Shown here one piece after another: positions 20,372 to 30,523 of a stretch of DNA of 64,000 nucleotides. The translations under genes were made by a program, and so were the position numbers. The first letter of the stretch is position 1, and each line of letters opens with the position of its first letter. Source of the stretch: Halieaceae bacterium (GTDB taxonomy: Bacteria; Pseudomonadota; Gammaproteobacteria; Pseudomonadales; Halieaceae). The stretch is taken from contig JAYOEE010000004.1 in assembly GCA_038106565.1 (NCBI GenBank), positions 14,633 through 78,632 on the forward strand, written 5' to 3'. Below the pieces are notes generated by a model, which was not told the origin of the DNA, did not search any database, and saw only the letters and a list, made by a program, of their open reading frames with translations.

Positions 20372-21348
20372 GATACGCCCGCTTTTAGCAGCGCCAGTAA
20401 CGTGACTACCCCGCGAATCTTGTGCTCGTTATCGACTGCGACCAGCGCGCTGATGCGGCTTCTTTCCATGAGACCCAAGGCCTCGGCAGCGAGCGTATCC
20501 TCGGATACGGTGCGCGCTTCAGACGTCATCACGCTCTCTAGCCGGGTCGTCATCAGATCTCTCTGTTCTTCCACCGCCCGCCTCAAGTCACCGTCGGTGA
20601 AGACGCCCTTAAGGCAACGGTCCTCGTCTGCCACGGTACTCATACCCAGGCCTTTCGCTGTCATCTCGCAGAGGGTGTCTATGAGTGTGGCCGATTGGTC
20701 CACGCATGGAACATCATCACCCGAGACCATCACGTCAGCCACGCGAAGCAGTAACTTGCGCCCTAGCGCCCCGCCGGGATGAGAAAATGCGAACTCCTCT
20801 GCTGTGAAGCCCCGCGCCTCCAATACTGCGATGGCCAGCGCATCTCCCATCACCAATGCTGCGGTAGTGCTGGATGTTGGCGCAAGATTCAGCGGGCAGG
20901 CTTCGCTTTCCACTGAGGCCAAAAGATGGACATCTGACGCAAGAGCCAGCTCTGATTGAGCATCACCCGTGACGCTGATCAATGGCACGTCCATTCGCTT
21001 TATCAGGGGCAGCAGCGTGAGGATCTCGGCGGTGTTGCCACTGTTAGAAAGGGCAATGACACAGTCATTTGGCGTGATCATGCCCATGTCGCCATGGGAC
21101 GCTTCACCTGGATGCATGAAAAACGCTGGGGTACCCGTGCTGGCTAAAGTCGCTGCTATCTTTCCGGCGATGTGGCCACTTTTGCCCATCCCAGTGACCA
21201 CCACTCGCCCTTTGGTGGCGAGCAGGCGATTGCAAGCGTCGCTGAAACTCTGGCCGATGTGCTGCGCTAATGAGGAGACAGCATGCGCCTCCATCTCGAT
21301 GGTGCGCTTGGCCGATGAAACATAGAAAGAATCTGCGTCGGGAGTCAT
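20368..21348 (-). CDS. kdsD: arabinose-5-phosphate isomerase
   Basis: SIS domain GMGKSGHIAGKIAATL followed by a tandem CBS C-terminus. Confidence 0.92.
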   Translation of the reverse strand: MTPDADSFYVSSAKRTIEMEAHAVSSLAQHIGQSFSDACNRLLATKGRVVVTGMGKSGHIAGKIAATLASTGTPAFFMHPGEASHGDMGMITPNDCVIALSNSGNTAEILTLLPLIKRMDVPLISVTGDAQSELALASDVHLLASVESEACPLNLAPTSSTTAALVMGDALAIAVLEARGFTAEEFAFSHPGGALGRKLLLRVADVMVSGDDVPCVDQSATLIDTLCEMTAKGLGMSTVADEDRCLKGVFTDGDLRRAVEEQRDLMTTRLESVMTSEARTVSEDTLAAEALGLMERSRISALVAVDNEHKIRGVVTLLALLKAGVS

Positions 21349-21351
21349 AGG

Positions 21352-22308
21352 CTAGAGTGTTTCGAAGAGCCAGAAGTAATAAGCGATGTATAGCGCCAGC
21401 AGTGTGACGCCGGTTGCACGTGGCAGTCGGCCAACACCTCTCTCTCCATTCCAACCCCAGAGCGCCGCCAGCGCAAGCGCAAGGGTTGTGAGAAATACCA
21501 TGACGAGATCGCGATGGAGTACCTCAGGCTCCAGCGAGAGGTCGCCCCAGAATCCGGGTATCGCCAAAACCAGAAGAATATTGAACATGTTGGAGCCAAC
21601 AATCGCGCCGATTGCCATATCCGCCTGGCCCTTGAGCGCACTGGCGATCGACGCTGCAAGCTCGGGCAGACTGGTGCCCACCGCAACGATGGTCAGGCCG
21701 ATGACCAGCTCGGAAATGCCGAGAGACAGGGCTACTTGCGAAGCGGACCACACCAGTGCGCGCGACGAGGCAACCAACACCAACAAGCCGCCTACGAAAG
21801 AGGCCCAAGCAAGGAATGGGGAGAGCTCCGGTATGGGCCGCGATTCGCCATCGTCGCCGGCACTGCGAGCAAGTTGCGCGATCCGGATAAAAAATAATCC
21901 CAGAGCCAGGAGCAACAAGAGACTGTCACCCCGGGAAAGCGAGAGATCGCGAAGCAACCATCCTGTAAACACGACAACCACTAGCAAGAGTGGCAGGTCG
22001 ATAGTAGTGGCACTGCGGCTGATTGCGATGGGCATAATGAGGAGTGTCACACCCAAAACCAAGCCCACGTTCGCGATGTTGGAACCCAAAGCATTGCCCA
22101 CGGCGAGGGCGCCAGACCCGGATGCGGCGGCCATCACTGAAATCAATATTTCGGGCGCTGAAGTGCCCACAGAAACCACTGTCAGGCCTATCAGCATAGG
22201 CGTGAGGCCCGCTCGCTTGGCAATTGCAGCAGCGCCGTCCACGAAGCGATCTGCGCTCCAAACCAGTGCTAACAAGCCCATTAGAATGACAGCTGCATGC
22301 CAAATCAC
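21352..22308 (-). CDS. yrbG: Ca2+/Na+ antiporter family protein (YrbG-like, CaCA)
   Basis: 318-aa polytopic ORF with two alpha repeats, GTSAPE and GTSLPE. GTG start at 22308. The position upstream of kdsD matches E. coli. Confidence 0.85.
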   Translation of the reverse strand: MIWHAAVILMGLLALVWSADRFVDGAAAIAKRAGLTPMLIGLTVVSVGTSAPEILISVMAAASGSGALAVGNALGSNIANVGLVLGVTLLIMPIAISRSATTIDLPLLLVVVVFTGWLLRDLSLSRGDSLLLLLALGLFFIRIAQLARSAGDDGESRPIPELSPFLAWASFVGGLLVLVASSRALVWSASQVALSLGISELVIGLTIVAVGTSLPELAASIASALKGQADMAIGAIVGSNMFNILLVLAIPGFWGDLSLEPEVLHRDLVMVFLTTLALALAALWGWNGERGVGRLPRATGVTLLALYIAYYFWLFETL

Positions 22309-22528
22309 TAATTATGTCCTTTTTATGTCCTTTGTTCGCAGTGTGTGCGGCAGTCTCAAGCGCCTCGATCGGGTATCATCGGGTCCGCGAGGGCGTGAGT
22401 GCCCCTCGGGCATCAAGTGGTCGAACAGTCTAACCCAGTCTTTCCCTGGGCAGGGCTAGTCGTATTGGATTGAACAGGCCAAGTGCATGGCGCTGCGACC
22501 CACAAGCGAATAGGCCAACGAACACTCA

Positions 22529-23233
22529 ATGGAGGATATTTTGAGCCGAACGATCGCATGGACACTAGGTATTTTGCTTTGTTGCACGGGGAGCTTTACC
22601 GTTTTGGCACAAAGCGAAAATCCAGGCGCTAGCAATTTGGGGCCCGCGGATGTTATCGCTCACGTGACTGCCGACGTCATGAAGATTGTGTCCGAGGCCA
22701 ATACCTACTTTGATGAAGATCCAGATCGCTATTTCCGTGAAATTGATGCTGCGCTCGCGGAGCTGGTTGATTGGCGTGGTTTCGCTACGGCGGTCATGGG
22801 GGAGTATTACAGTCGCGGCCGGACACTGGATGCAGCAGGAAGAGAAGCGCTGAAGCGACAGCGCGATGATTTCGCCGTCAGACTGAGAGAGGGATTGATT
22901 AGAAGCTATGCCAAGGGATTGCTGGCATTTGGTGGCGCCAGAATGGAAGTGCAGGGCGTGGAAGCGTCCCCACAAAGTACCCGGATCGCGTCGGTAACCC
23001 AGCTGGTTTACGGCGATGCCGATCGGGTCTATACGATCCGGTATCAGATGGGCCAATACAAAGACGGTATGTGGCGACTTCGAAATTTGATTATCGAGAC
23101 CATCAATCTCGGGGAAATCTATCGCAACCAATTTGATTCTCTCGCGAGACAAGCTGAAGGCGATCTCGACCGTGTGATTGGAGAATGGAATGCGGTGCTT
23201 GCAGAGCCGATCGAGGAGGTAAACCGTGACTGA
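22529..23233 (+). CDS. mlaC: MlaC/Ttg2D-family periplasmic phospholipid-binding protein
   Basis: Signal peptide, then VDWRGFATAVMGEYY...F...L..SYAKGL...WRLRNLIIETINLGEIYRNQF, which fits the MlaC family pattern. It precedes the BolA-like gene as in the mla-ibaG-murA locus. Confidence 0.7.
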   Translation: MEDILSRTIAWTLGILLCCTGSFTVLAQSENPGASNLGPADVIAHVTADVMKIVSEANTYFDEDPDRYFREIDAALAELVDWRGFATAVMGEYYSRGRTLDAAGREALKRQRDDFAVRLREGLIRSYAKGLLAFGGARMEVQGVEASPQSTRIASVTQLVYGDADRVYTIRYQMGQYKDGMWRLRNLIIETINLGEIYRNQFDSLARQAEGDLDRVIGEWNAVLAEPIEEVNRD

Positions 23234-23456
23234 AGAAGAGCTGGCGGCACTGTTACGCAGCGCATTTCCTGAGGCGCAGATTGCTGTCTCCATGAATGGG
23301 GGCCATGTTGATATTGCCATTGAAAGTGCAGAGTTTGAGGGCCTCAGGCCGGTTGCGCGGCAGCAGAAAGTCTATGCACCTTTGTCAGGCCTTATCGCTG
23401 ACGGAACGTTGCATGCGGTTAACATCAAGGCCCACACCCCCGGCGGCGGCAGTTAG
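23226..23456 (+). CDS. ibaG: BolA-family protein IbaG (YrbA)
   Basis: 76 aa. The position directly upstream of murA is canonical. It overlaps mlaC by 8 nt. Confidence 0.8.
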   Translation: MTEEELAALLRSAFPEAQIAVSMNGGHVDIAIESAEFEGLRPVARQQKVYAPLSGLIADGTLHAVNIKAHTPGGGS

Positions 23457-23469
23457 CAGAGCGATTGTT

Positions 23470-24744
23470 TTGGACAGTTTGATGATTCGGGGTGGAGTGC
23501 CCCTGCAGGGAACGCTTACCGCGGCGGGCTCCAAAAACGCGGCTCTACCCATACTCGCGGCAACATTGCTTACCGACGAGGTCTGTAGCCTGCGTCGAGT
23601 GCCTGATTTGAGAGACGTGTCCACCATGCTTACCCTGCTTGCGAGCCTTGGTGCAACGGTGGAGCGACCCGAACAGGGGCTGGTGACCGTGAGCAGTGCG
23701 TCTGTCTCAGAGCGCAAGGCACCCTACGATTTAGTGAAAACCATGCGTGCCTCAATACTCGTCTTGGGCCCATTATTGGCCCGGTTCGGTCAGGCGGAGG
23801 TGTCCTTCCCCGGGGGATGTGCGATCGGTAGCAGGCCTGTGGATCTGCACATCCAGGTGCTTGAAGCAATGGGTGCGAGCATCGAAATCCGCAGCGGTTA
23901 CCTGATCGCCGCGGCACCGAACGGTTTGACTGGTGCAGAGTTCGAGTTTGATACGGTGACAGTCGGGGGAACCGAGAACGCGGTGATGGCGGCCTCATTA
24001 GCGCATGGGGAAACGGTACTGAAAAATGTAGCGCTGGAGCCTGAGGTAATGGATCTCATCTGTTTTTTGAATGCGATGGGTGCCGATATCGAGGGGGCGG
24101 GGAGTGATACGCTGACGATCCGCGGACAGCCCGCTCTCCATGGGTGCACCTATACCGTGATGCCTGATCGCATCGAGGCCGGGACTTATTTGGTGGCCGC
24201 TGCTGCTACTCGAGGCAGTATTCGCATCGATGGTGTCTCCGCGGGTTCACTTGGCAGCATCGTCGATAAATTGCGCACTGCGGGTGCGCGTATTGAAGAA
24301 GGAGACGACTGGATTGCGCTGGATATGGGAGGTAATCGGCCCAGAGCAGTAGACATTGAAACCGCTCCATACCCTGGTTTCCCCACAGACATGCAAGCTC
24401 AGTTTACTGCGATGAACGCGGTGGCTGAGGGAACTGCGACGGTCAAGGAAACGATCTTTGAGAACCGATTGATGCAGGCCCATGAGATGAAGCGGATGGG
24501 CGCCGATATCGTGATAGACGGCGATACAGCCCGGACAACCGGTCGTGAGGCGCTACAGGGAGCGCCTGTCATGGCCTCGGATTTGAGGGCTTCCGCCAGC
24601 TTGGTCATCGCTGGTTTGGTGGCATCGGGGGAAACCCGTATCGACAGGATCTACCACATAGATAGAGGGTATGAAGATATAGAGGGTAACCTTCAGGCGC
24701 TTGGTGCGGATATTCGAAGAGAAAATCGGTCTTCTACATCGTGA
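23470..24744 (+). CDS. murA: UDP-N-acetylglucosamine 1-carboxyvinyltransferase
   Basis: The ORF track extends to 23296 across ibaG. TTG 23470 gives [16 protein letters not shown], which aligns residue-for-residue with E. coli MDKFRVQGPTKLQGEV. ATG 23482 is the alternative start. Confidence 0.93.
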   Translation: MDSLMIRGGVPLQGTLTAAGSKNAALPILAATLLTDEVCSLRRVPDLRDVSTMLTLLASLGATVERPEQGLVTVSSASVSERKAPYDLVKTMRASILVLGPLLARFGQAEVSFPGGCAIGSRPVDLHIQVLEAMGASIEIRSGYLIAAAPNGLTGAEFEFDTVTVGGTENAVMAASLAHGETVLKNVALEPEVMDLICFLNAMGADIEGAGSDTLTIRGQPALHGCTYTVMPDRIEAGTYLVAAAATRGSIRIDGVSAGSLGSIVDKLRTAGARIEEGDDWIALDMGGNRPRAVDIETAPYPGFPTDMQAQFTAMNAVAEGTATVKETIFENRLMQAHEMKRMGADIVIDGDTARTTGREALQGAPVMASDLRASASLVIAGLVASGETRIDRIYHIDRGYEDIEGNLQALGADIRRENRSSTS

Positions 24745-24751
24745 AAAGAAT

Positions 24752-25414
24752 ATGAGAATTGAACATAGCTTGACCATTGCCCTGACCAAGGGTCGAATTC
24801 TGGAAGAGGCATTACCGCTGCTGGCGGCAGTGGGTATTGCGCCAGTGGAAGATCTGGTTTCGAGTCGTAAACTCATAGTCCCGACCACTCTGCCCACGGT
24901 CAACCTCGTCGTGCTGAGAGGGGCGGACGTACCGACATACGTCCGACATGGTGCTGCCGATATAGGGGTTGCCGGCAAGGATATGTTGCTGGAGTTCGGA
25001 GACGCGGGCATCTATGAGCCGCTTGATCTGGGTATTGCGCGATGTCGTCTGATGACCGCGGCCCCTGAAAACAGCGACAAGTCGGCAGTGACGCGACGTC
25101 GCATTCGCGTCGCCACAAAGTTCCTCAATGTGGCGCGCGCGCATTACTCGCGCAAAGGAATTCACGCTGATCTGATTAAGCTCTATGGCTCCATGGAGTT
25201 GGCACCACTGGTGGGTTTGGCGGATGAGATAGTCGATATCGTCGATACGGGAAAAACGCTAGCAGAGAATGGCATGGTTCCTCTTGAGTTGATCGCCGAG
25301 ATTTCTTCCAGACTGATCGTTAACAAAGCTTCGATGAGGACACGTCATAGTTCGGTACAGGCTTTGATCGGGGCGCTCTCTGAGATCGTTTCCCAACAAG
25401 GTGCGCGAAAATGA
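24752..25414 (+). CDS. hisG: ATP phosphoribosyltransferase, short (HisZ-dependent) form
   Basis: Start set to ATG 24752 ([15 protein letters not shown]), 7 nt after the murA stop. The 220-aa length is typical of short-form HisG. Confidence 0.9.
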   Translation: MRIEHSLTIALTKGRILEEALPLLAAVGIAPVEDLVSSRKLIVPTTLPTVNLVVLRGADVPTYVRHGAADIGVAGKDMLLEFGDAGIYEPLDLGIARCRLMTAAPENSDKSAVTRRRIRVATKFLNVARAHYSRKGIHADLIKLYGSMELAPLVGLADEIVDIVDTGKTLAENGMVPLELIAEISSRLIVNKASMRTRHSSVQALIGALSEIVSQQGARK

Positions 25415-26724
25415 GTGATCAGAAGATTGCCCGTCTGGATGCGGCGTTGCCTGATTTTCCCGAGGCATTCGACAGATTGTTGATCACTCCTTCGGAGGCT
25501 GACTCGGATTTGGCAGGTGTTGTCGCGGGCATTATTGCCGAGGTCGCAACCGAAGGGGACTCAGCGGTGGTGCGCTTCACCAATCGGTTCGATGATCGGA
25601 ATGTCGCCGGAATGGAATCGCTTCAACTGCGTGATGAAGACATTGAGCACGCGTGGGCCTCCATAGATGATGGTGTTCGCCATGCGCTGATTCACGCGGC
25701 TGATCGGATACGCGACTTCCACGAGCGGCAGCTCGCGCACAGCTGGGACTACGAGGACGCAGAAGGCAACCTGTTGGGACAGAGGGTTTCTGCTCTGGAC
25801 CGGGTGGGGATCTATGTCCCCGGTGGGCGTGCCAGTTATCCTTCTTCAGTGCTGATGAATGCCATTCCAGCGAAAGTCGCTGGGGTGTCCGAGATTATTA
25901 TGGTGGCGCCCGCTCCCGGGGGAGAAATCAACCCAGTGGTCCTGGCCGCGGCCAAACTTTCGGAAGTCGATAAGCTTTTCAGCATCGGCGGTGCGCAAGC
26001 GATCGCCGCTCTGGCCTACGGCACTCAAACCATCCCGCGCGTTGACAAGATAGTCGGCCCTGGAAATCGATACGTGGCGGAGGCCAAACGGCAGGTATTT
26101 GGACGCGTGGGTATCGACATGATCGCGGGCCCCTCCGAAATTCTCATTATTGCTGACGGCTCGGTCAGTCCAGATTGGGTGACGCTAGATCTGTTTGCTC
26201 AGGCAGAGCATGACGAGTGTGCTCAGGCTATATTGATATCTCCCGACGACCGATATATCGATGCAGTGGCCCAGTGTATTGAGACGCGACTGTCAACCAT
26301 GCCCCGGCGAGACATCATTGGTGCTGCGCTGGGTAATCGAGGTGCGCTGATAAAAGTGGCTGATTTGGGCGAGGCAGTGGAACTCAGTAATCGCGCGGCG
26401 CCAGAGCACCTGGAGCTGGCTGTGGCGGATCCTGACGCTCTGCTTGGAGGTATCAAGGCCGCCGGTGCGATTTTTATGGGCGCGATGTCTTCGGAGGCGC
26501 TGGGAGATTATTGCGCGGGACCTAACCATGTTTTGCCAACAGCGGGGTCGGCGCGGTTTGCCTCGCCATTAGGCGTATACGATTTTCAGCGGCGCAGTAG
26601 CCTCATCGGAGTGTCTCAGTCGGGTGCGCGTACCCTTGGCCAGACGGCCGCCCTTTTGGCTGAGGCAGAATCACTGGGCGCGCATGCAGAGAGCGCCAGA
26701 GCGCGGTTTGTCAGTCCAGATTGA
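25411..26724 (+). CDS. hisD: histidinol dehydrogenase
   Basis: 437 aa with LFAQAEHDE and the [13 protein letters not shown] region. ATGA overlap with hisG. Confidence 0.95.
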   Translation: MSDQKIARLDAALPDFPEAFDRLLITPSEADSDLAGVVAGIIAEVATEGDSAVVRFTNRFDDRNVAGMESLQLRDEDIEHAWASIDDGVRHALIHAADRIRDFHERQLAHSWDYEDAEGNLLGQRVSALDRVGIYVPGGRASYPSSVLMNAIPAKVAGVSEIIMVAPAPGGEINPVVLAAAKLSEVDKLFSIGGAQAIAALAYGTQTIPRVDKIVGPGNRYVAEAKRQVFGRVGIDMIAGPSEILIIADGSVSPDWVTLDLFAQAEHDECAQAILISPDDRYIDAVAQCIETRLSTMPRRDIIGAALGNRGALIKVADLGEAVELSNRAAPEHLELAVADPDALLGGIKAAGAIFMGAMSSEALGDYCAGPNHVLPTAGSARFASPLGVYDFQRRSSLIGVSQSGARTLGQTAALLAEAESLGAHAESARARFVSPD

Positions 26725-26725
26725 G

Positions 26726-27847
26726 TTACGGTCCAGCGCCGCGCGTGCCCACCACTGCCTCTAATTCGACGCTACTACCCCCTCTCTCGAGACCAATACG
26801 CAAGAGGTGGCCTGGGCGAAGGCGCGCGATTTGGAGCATCGCTGCTCTGCCATCAACAACGGGTTCATCATCCATTGCCACGATGATGTCTTCGACAGCC
26901 ACGCCAGCCCGTTCAGCGGGCCCGCCAGGCGCCAAATCGGTCACAATAAGGCGCTGCACGGGTACTCCCGACTGACCTTCCGAAAAGATCACATCGACGC
27001 TAACCCCCAGCCAACCCCGGATTACCCTGCCGTATTGGACAATGTCCTCCAGCACGGACGCTGCGAGGTCACTCGGCGTTGCAAGGTTGATACCAATGCC
27101 CGGGGTTTCCCCTGCCGTATCGCCACCCGCGGTATAGATCAGGGTGTTGATGCCGACTAACTGCCCCTCAGTATTAATCAGTGCGCCACCAGAGCTGCCG
27201 AGATGAATGGTGGCGTCTGTTTGGATATAGTTTTCATAAGTGGCCAGTTGTAGCCCAAATCGGCCCATTCCCGAGACGATGCCCTGAGACACAGAATGCC
27301 CGAATCCGTATGGATTGCCGATGGCCAGTACGACGTCACCGACCGCTACATTGCCGGTTTCCGCTACGCTGATGGGGGTGAGATCGGGCAGGTCAATTTT
27401 GAGAATGGCGAGATCCGTCTCCGGATCACTTCCGACGACAGAGGCGGCCGTCGAACGCCCGTCCGCCAGCAGAATTTGAATCGCATCAGCTCCAGCGATC
27501 ACATGGTTATTGGTGATGATGTGGCCGTCGGCTGACAGAATGACACCGGATCCCAAAGATCGCTCGATTCGCTGTGGGCCACCGGGGTTCGATCGGAGGC
27601 GCCGCAATATGGGGGAATTCAACTCCGCATCCCGGCGCGCCTCAACCAGCTTTGCGGTGTAGATATTCACCACAGAAGGTGTGGCAAGGGACACGGCCGC
27701 TCTATAGCTACTCTGGGCCCGCTCGCTGCCAATCTCGGGGCGCTCAAGCACCCACTGATTTAGAATCAGTGCCGCAGCAAGTACGCCGACCAGAGCCGGC
27801 CATAGCAATGCGTTGATGTCGTGTTTCACAGATCCCTCCACCCCCAT
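26726..27847 (-). CDS. degS: DegS/AlgW-type periplasmic serine endoprotease (S1C, single PDZ)
   Basis: N-terminal TM helix, trypsin-like domain (HVIAGAD, GSSGGALIN) and one C-terminal PDZ domain. Its stop codon lies 1 nt from the hisD stop codon. Confidence 0.85.
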   Translation of the reverse strand: MGVEGSVKHDINALLWPALVGVLAAALILNQWVLERPEIGSERAQSSYRAAVSLATPSVVNIYTAKLVEARRDAELNSPILRRLRSNPGGPQRIERSLGSGVILSADGHIITNNHVIAGADAIQILLADGRSTAASVVGSDPETDLAILKIDLPDLTPISVAETGNVAVGDVVLAIGNPYGFGHSVSQGIVSGMGRFGLQLATYENYIQTDATIHLGSSGGALINTEGQLVGINTLIYTAGGDTAGETPGIGINLATPSDLAASVLEDIVQYGRVIRGWLGVSVDVIFSEGQSGVPVQRLIVTDLAPGGPAERAGVAVEDIIVAMDDEPVVDGRAAMLQIARLRPGHLLRIGLERGGSSVELEAVVGTRGAGP

Positions 27848-27904
27848 TGTAAATCATGGTGTACGCGTTATTCTCCTTTTCCATGTCACCGCGGTAATCA
27901 ATTT

Positions 27905-28660
27905 ATGGCCTGCACGAGGGAAGCGCTGAGCGCATATCTGGAGGACTTACTTAAGCCGCATCAGTTTCGGGACTACTGTCCTAACGGGCTTCAGGTAGAG
28001 GGAGCCCAGCAGATAGCGCATTTGGTCACCGGTGTCACAGCCAGTCAGGCGCTAATCGACGCTGCTATAGACGTTGGAGCAGATGCCGTTCTCGTTCATC
28101 ACGGATATTTTTGGCGATCAGAAGAAGCAGCCGTGATTGGGATGAAAGCACAGCGTCTCCGGACGCTCATGCGAGCTGACATCAACCTTTACGCCTATCA
28201 TCTGCCACTCGATTGGCATGGAGAGCTCGGCAACAACGCAATGCTCGGCAAGTTGATGGGCGTTGAACAGCCGGCGCCGCTGGATCCTGCGGATCCCAAT
28301 CTCCCGCTGTTCATGGGCAGTTTGCCAAAACCTGTTGGATTGCAAGCGCTGGGCACTGAATTGGCAGAAAAGCTCGGGAGAACGCCCCTGATAGTCGGCC
28401 ACAGGGAGGTGCAAAAGCTTGCCTGGTGCACGGGTGCTGGACAGCACTATATCGATCGGGCGGTTGAAGCGGGTGCTGATGTGTATATTACCGGCGAAGT
28501 GTCCGAGCAGACCATTCACGTGGCTCGAGAGCGCGATATTTGTTTTGTCGCCGCAGGGCATCATGCGACCGAGCGTTTCGGGGTTCAGGCTGTGGGAGAA
28601 CGCGCAGCAAGCGCCTTGGGTTGCACCCACGAGTACATCGAAATAGAGAATCCCGCCTGA
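27905..28660 (+). CDS. ybgI: Nif3-family metal-binding protein (YbgI-like)
   Basis: Start set to ATG 27905. It has the HHGYFW motif and AAGHHATERFG. Confidence 0.85.
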   Translation: MACTREALSAYLEDLLKPHQFRDYCPNGLQVEGAQQIAHLVTGVTASQALIDAAIDVGADAVLVHHGYFWRSEEAAVIGMKAQRLRTLMRADINLYAYHLPLDWHGELGNNAMLGKLMGVEQPAPLDPADPNLPLFMGSLPKPVGLQALGTELAEKLGRTPLIVGHREVQKLAWCTGAGQHYIDRAVEAGADVYITGEVSEQTIHVARERDICFVAAGHHATERFGVQAVGERAASALGCTHEYIEIENPA

Positions 28661-28669
28661 TTCAGGCGG
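28653..28669. other. perfect 8+1+8 palindrome CCGCCTGATTCAGGCGG containing the stop codons of both convergent genes
   Basis: Read directly. TGA of ybgI is at 28658..28660 and TGA of yhcB (complement) is at 28662..28664, and both sit inside the inverted repeat. Confidence 0.9.
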
Positions 28670-29111
28670 CGCTGTTTGATTTGTCCAGACCGAAGGTCTC
28701 TGAGAGTTGGCCTTGCTCATCAGGCTTTTTGGGCGCGTAGTCCAGCGGCTGTGCAACTTCAACAAGGTGCGGTTTGTCTCCGCTCGGGCTCTCCGGTCCC
28801 GACAATGCCGCTTCTGCCATTGTTACGTGCTCGCCGCACAGTTGTTCTGCGCCGGCGGCGAGGTGGGTGTATACCGCTCGATAGTCATCTGTGAGTTTGT
28901 GGAGTAAATCAGCCGTCTGAGAAAAATGCTCAGATACCTCTGCTTCATAGTCCGCTCGACTCTGTTTCGCCTGATCAAGCTGAGTTTCCAGTTCCATTAT
29001 CAGGCGGCGTTTGTTATCCCCGCGAGACATGAGTGCTGAGTACCAGCCCAGTGCACCACCGATAGCTCCGCCTAGTATCAACGCGACAATCAAATTGGTG
29101 AGTGAGTACAT
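28662..29111 (-). CDS. yhcB: YhcB/ZapG (DUF1043) inner-membrane protein
   Basis: Start set to ATG 29111 (MYSLTNLIVALILGGAIGGALGW). It has a single N-terminal TM helix followed by a coiled coil. The neighbours zapE and degS match the E. coli arrangement. Confidence 0.8.
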   Translation of the reverse strand: MYSLTNLIVALILGGAIGGALGWYSALMSRGDNKRRLIMELETQLDQAKQSRADYEAEVSEHFSQTADLLHKLTDDYRAVYTHLAAGAEQLCGEHVTMAEAALSGPESPSGDKPHLVEVAQPLDYAPKKPDEQGQLSETFGLDKSNSAA

Positions 29112-29326
29112 GCTAATCCGCCTTTGGCCATCCCTATGTGGTGTCTGCCTCAATCGTTCCCCGAGCGGGCCGCGCGGGCGGCGTCGCCGGGCAGACAACC
29201 TAGTGTACTCCAAGCCCGCCGCCACGTCGTGTCATCACTCACCGAGGTTGGGCTGGGCTGCGAAGAGACATTGGAACTGCTGCGGCCGTGTTACTCTTCG
29301 CGGCGCTCGTCACTTGCTGATTAATC

Positions 29327-30433
29327 ATGAAAGACCAATTGACACCCCTGCAGCGCTATCAGCGTGATATTGATTCAGGTGCGTTGCTCCCTGATCCGGC
29401 GCAAGCGGCGCTGGTGGTTGAATTGGACGGTCTCAGCCACCGTCTGGCGGCGCGCGCCGAAGCAAACGAAAAATTGTGGACACGGTTTAAAAAGCGGTTG
29501 GGCGGTATTCAGGCGCCCGAGCGAGGCCTCTACGTATGGGGTGGCGTTGGCAGGGGAAAAACCCACTTTGTAGACGCCTTTTTTGAGAGCCTGCCTTTTG
29601 ACAGAAAGCTGCGGATTCACTTTCACCGTTTTATGCAGCGCGTTCATGCCGCGTTGACGCTGCATAGTGGCACGCCCAATCCGATGGAAGTGGTTGCCGA
29701 GGACATCGCCGCCGAGGCGCTGGTGCTATGTTTTGACGAGTTTTTTGTCAGTGATATTGGTGATGCGATGATTCTCGCCGGTCTGATAGACGCGCTGACT
29801 CGGCGCGGCGTGACGTTGGTTGCGACATCCAATATCCCACCGACTGACCTCTATCGCGACGGTTTGCAGCGCGCGCGTTTTCTCCCCGCAATCAAACTGC
29901 TGGAGACGCATCTTGATATCATGCAGCTGGATTCCGACACTGATTATCGTTTCCGCACGCTCCAGCGGGCAGATCTCTGGCACGTGCCCCATGACGGAGC
30001 GGCCACCGCGGCACTCTCGGATTATTTTGAGTCTTTGGGCGGGGTACCCAACAGCGAGCCCTCATTACTGGAGATCAATCATCGGCAGCTCCGAACCTTG
30101 GGGAGAGGGCCTGGAGTCGTGTGGTTTTCTTTCGGGACGCTTTGCGAGGAACCGAGAAGTGCTGCAGATTTTGTGGAGATTGCGCGGGAGTATCATTCGG
30201 TAATCATTGAGCAGATTCCGCGCTTGTCCGCGGAACGTGAAGACGCAGCGAGGCGATTCATCAATCTGGTGGATGAATTCTATGACCGTAATGTGAAACT
30301 GATCGCCACCGCAGACGCGGCGCCTGAGGCCATATATTCGGGCAATAAATTGCGATTTGAGTTCGATAGGACCCTATCTCGATTGCAGGAAATGCGAACT
30401 CATGAATACTTGCGCGCAGAGCACAGACCCTGA
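29327..30433 (+). CDS. zapE: cell division protein ZapE (YhcM, AFG1-like ATPase)
   Basis: Walker A GGVGRGKTH and Walker B VLCFDEF. Located upstream of rplM as in E. coli. Confidence 0.88.
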   Translation: MKDQLTPLQRYQRDIDSGALLPDPAQAALVVELDGLSHRLAARAEANEKLWTRFKKRLGGIQAPERGLYVWGGVGRGKTHFVDAFFESLPFDRKLRIHFHRFMQRVHAALTLHSGTPNPMEVVAEDIAAEALVLCFDEFFVSDIGDAMILAGLIDALTRRGVTLVATSNIPPTDLYRDGLQRARFLPAIKLLETHLDIMQLDSDTDYRFRTLQRADLWHVPHDGAATAALSDYFESLGGVPNSEPSLLEINHRQLRTLGRGPGVVWFSFGTLCEEPRSAADFVEIAREYHSVIIEQIPRLSAEREDAARRFINLVDEFYDRNVKLIATADAAPEAIYSGNKLRFEFDRTLSRLQEMRTHEYLRAEHRP

Positions 30434-30455
30434 TGCCAGGGTGGCAAAATAACGG

Positions 30456-30484
30456 TTGAAAGGCGGGTTGCTGTCCAGTACCAT
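30456..30484 (+). promoter_or_regulatory. candidate sigma-70 promoter of rplM-rpsI (TTGAAA-17-TACCAT)
   Basis: Hexamers read directly at 30456..30461 and 30479..30484, 40 nt upstream of the rplM ATG. Supported by motif only. Confidence 0.35.
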
Positions 30485-30523
30485 CCGCGCTCCTTTTTTA
30501 ACACCGCCCTTGAGGCTTTGGTC

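Noticed and set aside
21386-22459. Very long ORFs antisense to annotated genes. Examples are 357 aa at 21386..22459 opposite yrbG, 251 aa at 22565..23320 opposite mlaC, 215 aa at 28118..28765 opposite ybgI, 196 aa at 53117..53707 opposite ddl, and 228 aa at 61710..62396 opposite secA/argJ.
   Set aside because: Each lies opposite an ORF with unmistakable family motifs. Their translations are Arg/Ser/Pro/Ala-rich low-complexity strings, typical of shadow frames in GC-rich coding DNA, with no recognisable domains or start-site context.
24745-24751. Looked for a his leader peptide or attenuator upstream of hisG.
   Set aside because: Only 7 nt separate the murA stop codon from the hisG ATG, so there is no room for one. 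hisGD appear to be co-transcribed with murA, as I recall is the case in Pseudomonas.
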